Origin: a virus
Taxonomy: Duplodnaviria; Caudoviricetes
DNA: 42,824 nt
Virus record (IMG/VR): IMGVR_UViG_3300030372_002613
Coordinates: 1-42,824 of that record
Strand: one strand, 5' to 3'
Part shown: in pieces, positions 36,099 to 42,824 of the stretch
How the letters are laid out: every line of letters begins with the position of its first letter
How positions within the stretch are numbered: position 1 is the stretch's first letter
The notes under the pieces: model-generated
Told to the model about the DNA's origin: nothing
Databases searched by the model: none
What the model saw: the letters and a program-made list of their open reading frames with translations, nothing else
Translations under genes and position numbers: made by a program

Positions 36099-38722
36099 TG
36101 GCAAATATAAGAGATTGCATAGGCATAATTAATGAAGCTGTAGGAGATGCGGCAACTCCTGCTGAAAAAGAAAAGCTTCTTAATAAACTAGCCAAACAAG
36201 TTACAAAAGAAAAAGCTATATCTAAAGAAGCAGACATTGAGCAAAAAATGAAGCAATGGCTTGCTGATGAGTCAACAAAAGAAGAAGTAGCAGCTGCTAT
36301 TGAGCAAAGACAAAGATTATTAAATATACAAGCAAAAGAAAGAATATTCAGTCATTTATCTAATTTTAAAGATAGAGCATTAGGATTAAGAGCATTACTT
36401 GGTGGTACTATGCAATATATAAAAAGCAGCAGAAGATCTGTAGACGCTATTGGTAAAGCTCATTCTACAAGATATGTTACTAATCTTATAAGACATTTAG
36501 AAGAGGAAGATGTATTTGAAGAATTTGTATCAGGTAAAATTGATGATCACATAGCTAGAGAGTTATACGAAATAAAACCAGGTGGCAAGTCAGGAGCATC
36601 TGGAAATCCTGCTGCAGAAAAAATAGCTAGAATTGTATTTGAACAGCAAGACAGAGCAATAAGTGCTAACAATCGTCATGGTGCTTGGATAAGAAAATTA
36701 CCTGATTATATAATGAGACAAAGTCATAACCCTGTTAAAATAAGAAGAGATGGCTTTGAAAAATGGTACAACTCAATAAGAGACACAGTTGACATGGAAA
36801 GAACTATGGCTAACATAGATGTTGAAGATATGAAAGCATTTTGGAAAAATGTATATAATGGTTTAATTACTGGTATACATTTAAAACACAGAGGCGAAGA
36901 CTTTGCTGATGATATAATTAAAGGATTTACTGGACCAAGTAACTTAGCAAAAAGAATGAGTGAAGCTCATAGAATAATACACTTTAAGGATTCTGATGCG
37001 TTTATGAAATATAATAGATCATACGGAACAAAAACGTTAAGAGAAACTATTGTATTGTCGTTAGATCATTTTGGTAAAAATCAAGCTTTATTAGAAGTTT
37101 TAGGACCGAATCCAAGAGCAATGATTGATTCTATAGTAGACGCAGAGTTACGAGCTGCAAAAGCAAGAGGAGACATAAAAGCTATGGAAGAGTTTGGTAA
37201 AATGTCAAGAGGTAAAAATGATATGCTTTGGCATTTATTAGCAGAGGTTGATGGCACTACAAGAATACCTGGTAATGTAACTGCTGCTCATGTATCATCA
37301 ACTATAAGAAATATACAAAATATGGCTAAACTAGGCATGGCTACATTATCATCTATAACTGATATACCTAACCAAGTTGCTGAATTAAAATATCAAGGTA
37401 TAAATAGATTTAAAGGATATAGCATTGCTTTAGAAAATTTATTTAAAGGACGTGGTATGAAAAAGAGTGATAGAAGAGCTGTTGCTCAAATGCTAGGTGT
37501 AGGTATGGATGGAATTATAGGTAATACTATATCAAGATTTAGCTCTGATGATTTAACTCCTGGTATGTTTGCAAAAGCACAACAAGCATACTTTAAATTA
37601 AACTTATTATCTCCTTGGACAGATAGTCATAGAGTTGGCTCGTCATTAATGATGTCAAGACATTTAGCTATGCAAGCCGATAGAACTTTTGAAAAATTAG
37701 ATCCTCATACAAAAAGAATATTAGAGATATATGATATGGGTAAACTAGAATGGGAAAATGTTATTAGTAAAGCTATATACAAAGGTAAAGATGGACAAAA
37801 ATATATTGTAACAGATATGATAGAAAACTTAGATGACGCTACTATATTATCATATTTAAAACAAAAAGAGCCCTTAATTAAAAAACATAGTAAGAGTAAA
37901 ATTAACAGAGAAAGAGATAGACTTGTATCTTCGCTTGCTGCATACTATATTGATAGAGCTGACTTTGCAGTGCCAATGCCAAGTGCTTATGAACGAGCGT
38001 TTATGAACAGAGGAACTCAAGACGGTACGGCATTAGGAGTAGCTGCAAGATTGTTTTGGCAGTTTAAATCATTTCCTGTAACTGTATTACATAAATCTCT
38101 TGGTAGAGAAATATATGGTCATGGTGCTTCATCATTTAAAGAAGGTTTATTAAAAGGAAAAGCTTCATATACAGGTATGGCTCACTTTATAGTGTCTACA
38201 TCTTTATTAGGTTACTTATCATTATATCTAAAAGATATAGCAAGAGGTAAAGAACCTAGACAATTTAATGATGATTTAGCTCATAATATTAAGATAATCT
38301 CTGCTGCTATGGCACAAGGCGGAGGGCTAGGATTATATGGAGACTTTTTATTTGGTAGTTATAATAAATACGGAGGCACTGCTTTAGCTACTTTAATGGG
38401 TCCAACTATCGGACAATTTGATAGTGTTGTACAGATACTACAAGCTATTAGAACAGGAGATGATCCGTTTGCTAAGCTTGCAAATTTAGTTCAGGGTAAT
38501 ACGCCATTTATTAATCTTTTTTATTTACGAATGGCACTAGACTATTTAATATTATATAATATAAAAGAATGGCAAAATCCAGGTTATTTAAAACGGATGG
38601 AAAGACGTCTTAAAAAAGAACACGATCAAGGGTTTTATATTCCTCCTAGTCGTGTTATAAGAAGAGGTGGGGATAACCCTATAAATATAATTGAGAAGAT
38701 GATAAGTGAGATGAATAGATGA
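36098..38722 (+). CDS. Large internal virion / ejection protein
   Basis: Helical; QFKSFP, QGGGLG.YGDFL, TPF.NLFY motifs; synteny. Confidence 0.7.
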   Translation: MANIRDCIGIINEAVGDAATPAEKEKLLNKLAKQVTKEKAISKEADIEQKMKQWLADESTKEEVAAAIEQRQRLLNIQAKERIFSHLSNFKDRALGLRALLGGTMQYIKSSRRSVDAIGKAHSTRYVTNLIRHLEEEDVFEEFVSGKIDDHIARELYEIKPGGKSGASGNPAAEKIARIVFEQQDRAISANNRHGAWIRKLPDYIMRQSHNPVKIRRDGFEKWYNSIRDTVDMERTMANIDVEDMKAFWKNVYNGLITGIHLKHRGEDFADDIIKGFTGPSNLAKRMSEAHRIIHFKDSDAFMKYNRSYGTKTLRETIVLSLDHFGKNQALLEVLGPNPRAMIDSIVDAELRAAKARGDIKAMEEFGKMSRGKNDMLWHLLAEVDGTTRIPGNVTAAHVSSTIRNIQNMAKLGMATLSSITDIPNQVAELKYQGINRFKGYSIALENLFKGRGMKKSDRRAVAQMLGVGMDGIIGNTISRFSSDDLTPGMFAKAQQAYFKLNLLSPWTDSHRVGSSLMMSRHLAMQADRTFEKLDPHTKRILEIYDMGKLEWENVISKAIYKGKDGQKYIVTDMIENLDDATILSYLKQKEPLIKKHSKSKINRERDRLVSSLAAYYIDRADFAVPMPSAYERAFMNRGTQDGTALGVAARLFWQFKSFPVTVLHKSLGREIYGHGASSFKEGLLKGKASYTGMAHFIVSTSLLGYLSLYLKDIARGKEPRQFNDDLAHNIKIISAAMAQGGGLGLYGDFLFGSYNKYGGTALATLMGPTIGQFDSVVQILQAIRTGDDPFAKLANLVQGNTPFINLFYLRMALDYLILYNIKEWQNPGYLKRMERRLKKEHDQGFYIPPSRVIRRGGDNPINIIEKMISEMNR

Positions 38723-41022
38723 CAGTAGCGGCACAAAATAGTTTTATAAGTTATACAGGGAACGGATCAACAACCGCTTACTCGTGGCCTTATAAATTAT
38801 TTCAAGCTTCAGATTTAAAAGTTTATACTGTAGTTATTGCAACCGGTGTAGAAACGTTACAAACTTCTGGTGGCTCTGGAACTTATGATTATAATATTAA
38901 TGGAGCATTAAATACTGTTACATTAAATAATAACTTACCTGCTACTCATAAATTATTTTTAACTAGAATTTTAGATCTATCTCAGCCGACTGATTACATC
39001 GAAGGTGATGCTTTTCCTGCTCAAACGCACGAAGATACATTAGATAAGATCGTATTACAATTACAACAACACGAAGAGCAATTAAAAAGAGCTTTAAAAT
39101 TTAAACAATCAACAGCAACAAGATCTGAGCCTGCTGTTCCAGAACTTACTGCAAATACTCTATTAAAAACAAATGCTGCTGGAAACGGCTTTGAAACTCA
39201 ATCAACTGTTAATGTAGATACAGTTGCGGGAATTGCAAGTGATATTACGACAGTTAGCGGTATTGCTTCTAATGTAACGGCAGTTGCGGCAGACGCAAGT
39301 GATATAGGTACCGTTGCAAGTAATATTGGTTCTGTTAATACCGTCGCAGGAGATATTACAAAAGTTGTTGCAGTAGCAAATGACTTAGCAGAAACCGTAT
39401 CAGAAATTGAAACAGTAGCAGATGACTTAAATGAATCAAGCTCAGAAATTGATGCAGTTGCAGGAGCAATCACAAATGTAAATGCTGTTGGTACTGATAT
39501 TGCTAAAGTTAATACGGTTGCAAGTCAAATTTCTCCAACAAATAATATTTCTACTCTGGCAGGAATCTCCTCAGATATTACAACGCTAGCCGGAACAACT
39601 GGATTAACAACTCTAGCAAATAATGCTTCAAATATAACGACTGTAGCAAATAATAATACAAATCTTACAAACGTTGGAAGTAATATTTCTGATGTTACTT
39701 CTGTTGCTAATAACTTAGCAGCTGTACAAAACTTTGCAGATGTCTATAGAATTGCAAGTTCAGCTCCAGGTACTAGTTTAAATGTTGGTGACCTCTACTT
39801 TGATACAACAGCTAATGAATTAAAAGTTTATAAATCATCTGGCTGGGCAGCTGCAGGTTCTACTGTTAACGGAACTGCTCAGAGATATACTTATAATATT
39901 ACAGGAACTCCAACAACAGTAACTGGAGCAGACGCTAAAGGCGAAACGCTTGCTTATGATGCAGGATTTGTAGACGTATATTTAAACGGAGTCAGATTAT
40001 CTAATACTTCAGGTTCATACACAGGGGATGTCACAGTTTCTTCTGGAACTTCTGTAGTTTTTGCTAATGCGTTAGCGGCAGGAGACGTCGTAGACGTTGT
40101 GGCGTATGGTACATTTAATGCAGCGGCAATAGCAGGAAGTTCAATTACATCAGGCACAGTTAATGATGCCAGATTACCTACAACAATGGCAGGTAAAACA
40201 CTTACTACTGCTACAGTTGAAGCAAACAGTTTAACTGCAAGAGGAGATGGATCTTCTGCGGATGGAAAAATTACTTTAAACTGTAGTCAAAATTCTCATG
40301 GAGTAAAAATACAATCTCCAGCTCATAGTGCGGGTCAATCATATACTTTAATTTTACCAACATCAGTTGGTACAGCAAATCAGGTTTTAGCTACAAATGG
40401 TAGTGCAACAAACCAATTATCTTGGATTGATGCAACAGAAACTAAACCAACAGTAGCAGATGTTTCACAAACAATAGCACCTGCAACAGCTACAACAATA
40501 ACTATTACAGGTACTAATTTTGTATCAATACCACAAGTAGAATTTGTTAAAACAGATGGTTCAGTAACAGTTGCTAATACAATTTCATTTACAAGTGCAA
40601 CATCACTTTCAGTTAATGTAACTTTAGCTTCTGGTAATTATTATGTAAGAGTAGAAAATCCAGATGGTAATGCAGGAAGAAGTACAAATAATATTTTAAC
40701 AGCTTCAACAGCACCTACATTTTCTACAAACGCAGGTTCACTTGGAACATTTGCAGGTAACTTTTCAGGAAATATTGCAACAATCGCAGGTTCATCAGAT
40801 AGTGCAGTAACATTTTCTGAAGTAGGTTCTAACTTAACAGGTGCTAATGTAACTCTTTCATCAGCAGGAGTTTTAGCAACAACAGATTTTGGTGGTAGTT
40901 CAACTACTGCAACACAATACAATTTTACAATAAGAATAACAGATGCCGAAAATCAAACAGCAGATAGAGCATTTAGCTTTACTTCTAGCTTTGGTGCATC
41001 AGGAGGAGGACAATTTAACTAA
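38719..41022 (+). CDS. Tail fibre protein (T7 gp17-like N-terminus)
   Basis: YTGNGSTT.Y, L.V, E..LDK; central 10-residue repeats; distal Ig-like domains. Confidence 0.85.
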   Translation: MTVAAQNSFISYTGNGSTTAYSWPYKLFQASDLKVYTVVIATGVETLQTSGGSGTYDYNINGALNTVTLNNNLPATHKLFLTRILDLSQPTDYIEGDAFPAQTHEDTLDKIVLQLQQHEEQLKRALKFKQSTATRSEPAVPELTANTLLKTNAAGNGFETQSTVNVDTVAGIASDITTVSGIASNVTAVAADASDIGTVASNIGSVNTVAGDITKVVAVANDLAETVSEIETVADDLNESSSEIDAVAGAITNVNAVGTDIAKVNTVASQISPTNNISTLAGISSDITTLAGTTGLTTLANNASNITTVANNNTNLTNVGSNISDVTSVANNLAAVQNFADVYRIASSAPGTSLNVGDLYFDTTANELKVYKSSGWAAAGSTVNGTAQRYTYNITGTPTTVTGADAKGETLAYDAGFVDVYLNGVRLSNTSGSYTGDVTVSSGTSVVFANALAAGDVVDVVAYGTFNAAAIAGSSITSGTVNDARLPTTMAGKTLTTATVEANSLTARGDGSSADGKITLNCSQNSHGVKIQSPAHSAGQSYTLILPTSVGTANQVLATNGSATNQLSWIDATETKPTVADVSQTIAPATATTITITGTNFVSIPQVEFVKTDGSVTVANTISFTSATSLSVNVTLASGNYYVRVENPDGNAGRSTNNILTASTAPTFSTNAGSLGTFAGNFSGNIATIAGSSDSAVTFSEVGSNLTGANVTLSSAGVLATTDFGGSSTTATQYNFTIRITDAENQTADRAFSFTSSFGASGGGQFN
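39210..39745 (+). repeat. Degenerate 10-aa repeats (TVA....I/V..) in the tail fibre shaft
   Basis: TVAGIASDIT / TVSGIASNVT / AVAADASDIG / TVASNIGSVN ... Confidence 0.75.
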
Positions 41023-42416
41023 TGGCTAATACATATTTAACAAGAACTTTTGGTTCACCAACTAACAACTATAAATGGACTTTTAGTGCATGGATTAAAA
41101 AATGTGGTGTTTCTGAAGACCAATATATATTTCAAACTTATCCATCAGGAGAAGGTTATATGAGAATATACTTTGAAGCTGGTGATACTTTAAAATTTGA
41201 TGGAGAAGATACAAGTCAGTCAAATGCTTTTGGTTATAGAACAACTAGATTATTTAGAGATACTAATGCTTGGTATCATTTAGTAGTTAAATGGGATGTT
41301 ACACAAGGTACAGCAGGAGATAGAGCTAAAATATATATTAATGGAGTACAAGAAACCTCTTTTTCTTCATCAACAAATCCTGCACAAAATACTACATATC
41401 CTATAAATAGAAATAAATTACATAATTTAGGTAGACATAGTAGTGCTACTGATACTTATTTTAATGGTTTAATGAGCCATGTTCATTTTACAGATGGATA
41501 TTCTTATGATGCTTCAACTTTCGGTTTAACCGATTCAACAACTGGCGAATGGAAAATAAATACTGCTCCATCAATAACAATGGGTACAAATGGATTTACA
41601 ATTTTAAAAGATGGCAATACAATTACAGACCAATCATCTAATAGTAATAATTTTACTTTAGCAAATGGTACACTTACAAAAACACAAGATAATCCAAGTA
41701 ATGTTTTTGCTACATTAAATCCACTTTTTATAGGTAATGGACAAGCGGCAACTTTTAGTAATGGAAATACTACTGGTCAATCTCCTACTTCACAAGGTAT
41801 AGGAGGAACATCAACATTAGCTGCAAATTCTGGAAAATTTTATGCAGAATTTAAATATGCTGCCGACACAAGTGGAAGTAATAACGAAGGAGCAATAGGA
41901 GTTTGTGATACTTATTTTTTAAGCTCTAATTCTAGTTTAGGTGGCAGTAGCTCTCCAGGTTATCAAGAATATTCTGTAGCTAATTGGGGATTAAGAAATG
42001 CAGGAAATACATTTTATTCAAGTAGTGGTTCAAAATACACAAATTCAAGTCAACATGGAAACTGGACTTTAAATGATATAATTGGAGTAGCATTAGATAT
42101 AGATAATAATAGAGTTTATTTTTCTAAAAATGGTGGTTGGTGGAATGGTACTTCAAGTTGGGGTGGTGCATCTCCAACAAATTATATAACTTTAGATTCA
42201 ACTGGTTTTGAAGGTAATTATCATTTTGCAGTTGGAGACAGTAGTAGTGGAAATAGTGTCACTTGGAACTCAAACTTTGGCAACGGCTATTTCGGAACAA
42301 CAGCAGTAGCAACAAATAGTGGTAATGGTTATGCAGGAGCAGAGGGTTCTTCAATATTTAATTATCAACCACCAACTGGCTATTCAGCTTTATCAACAAA
42401 GGGGTTAAATTTATAA
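41022..42416 (+). CDS. LamG/ConA-like plus SPRY-like tail receptor-binding protein
   Basis: WTFSAWIK, AWYHLVV, KIYINGV, GKFYAEF, DIIGVALD.DN..V.FSKNG. Confidence 0.78.
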   Translation: MANTYLTRTFGSPTNNYKWTFSAWIKKCGVSEDQYIFQTYPSGEGYMRIYFEAGDTLKFDGEDTSQSNAFGYRTTRLFRDTNAWYHLVVKWDVTQGTAGDRAKIYINGVQETSFSSSTNPAQNTTYPINRNKLHNLGRHSSATDTYFNGLMSHVHFTDGYSYDASTFGLTDSTTGEWKINTAPSITMGTNGFTILKDGNTITDQSSNSNNFTLANGTLTKTQDNPSNVFATLNPLFIGNGQAATFSNGNTTGQSPTSQGIGGTSTLAANSGKFYAEFKYAADTSGSNNEGAIGVCDTYFLSSNSSLGGSSSPGYQEYSVANWGLRNAGNTFYSSSGSKYTNSSQHGNWTLNDIIGVALDIDNNRVYFSKNGGWWNGTSSWGGASPTNYITLDSTGFEGNYHFAVGDSSSGNSVTWNSNFGNGYFGTTAVATNSGNGYAGAEGSSIFNYQPPTGYSALSTKGLNL

Positions 42417-42417
42417 T

Positions 42418-42824
42418 ATGGCATACACAACAATTAATAAACACACAGATTATTTTAATACTAAACTTTATACAGGTAATGGTGGAACACAATCTATTAC
42501 AGGTGTCGGTTTTCAACCAGATTGGTGTTGGTTTAAAGAAAGAAGTCAAGCTAACGACCATGCTTTGTTTGATGCTGTTAGAGGTGTTTCTAAAAGATTA
42601 GAAAGTAATAATAGTGACGCAGAAGTATCAATGTCACCTGCAAACGCAATTACATCTTTTGATAGTGATGGGTTTTCTTTAGGTTCAAATGGTAATGTAA
42701 ATGAAAATTCACAAACTTATGCATCATGGAACTGGAAAGCAGGGGGTGGTCAAGGTTCAGCTAATAATGATGGCTCTATAAACACTACATACACATCAGC
42801 TAATACAACAGCAGGATTTAGTAT
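42418..42824 (+). CDS. Partial tail-associated protein, version B of 12-1055
   Basis: MAYTTINKHTDYFNTKLYTGNGGTQSITGVGFQPDWCWFK... open to the window end and rejoining version A in frame. Confidence 0.85.
   Translation, partial: MAYTTINKHTDYFNTKLYTGNGGTQSITGVGFQPDWCWFKERSQANDHALFDAVRGVSKRLESNNSDAEVSMSPANAITSFDSDGFSLGSNGNVNENSQTYASWNWKAGGGQGSANNDGSINTTYTSANTTAGFS

Noticed and set aside
39198-40922. Antisense ORFs 39198-39473, 39954-40157 and 40641-40922
   Set aside because: Shadows of the A/T/S/G/V-rich tail fibre codons; no RBS

Overview
An essentially complete, circularly permuted ~42.4 kb AT-rich podovirus-type phage genome, probably marine. An alphaproteobacterial host such as SAR11 is inferred from base composition and gene types, not proven. 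The window ends overlap (1-55 = 42407-42461; 335-412 = 42747-42824) but enclose two different versions of the same tail gene segment. There are two divergent arms. The minus-strand early/replication arm (~20410 to 4650) has four near-identical promoters, two structured RNA elements, a DUF932 protein, two paralogous winged-helix-like proteins, a five-gene nucleotide-modification cluster, Leu762-type PolA, a PD-(D/E)xK nuclease, an AEP primase, and UvrD-like and SNF2 helicases. The plus-strand late arm (~20820 to 42824, continuing 1-4684) has terminase, portal, scaffold, capsid, T7/BPP-1-like tail tubes, ejection proteins, tail fibres and lysis genes. No integrase, RNA polymerase, tRNA or CRISPR array was seen. 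The strongest candidates for new biology are: (1) a cytosine-modification or alternative thymidylate pathway made of an Asp-type (dCMP-specific) thymidylate-synthase homolog, dCMP deaminase, a dNMP-kinase/UDG-fold fusion, a MazG-like pyrophosphatase and a SAM methyltransferase; (2) a virion ejection protein carrying an inserted atypical kinase plus an ADP-ribosyltransferase domain; (3) promoter-driven structured RNAs and a GANTC-site cluster in the early region. All domain calls come from motifs read by eye; no searches were run.
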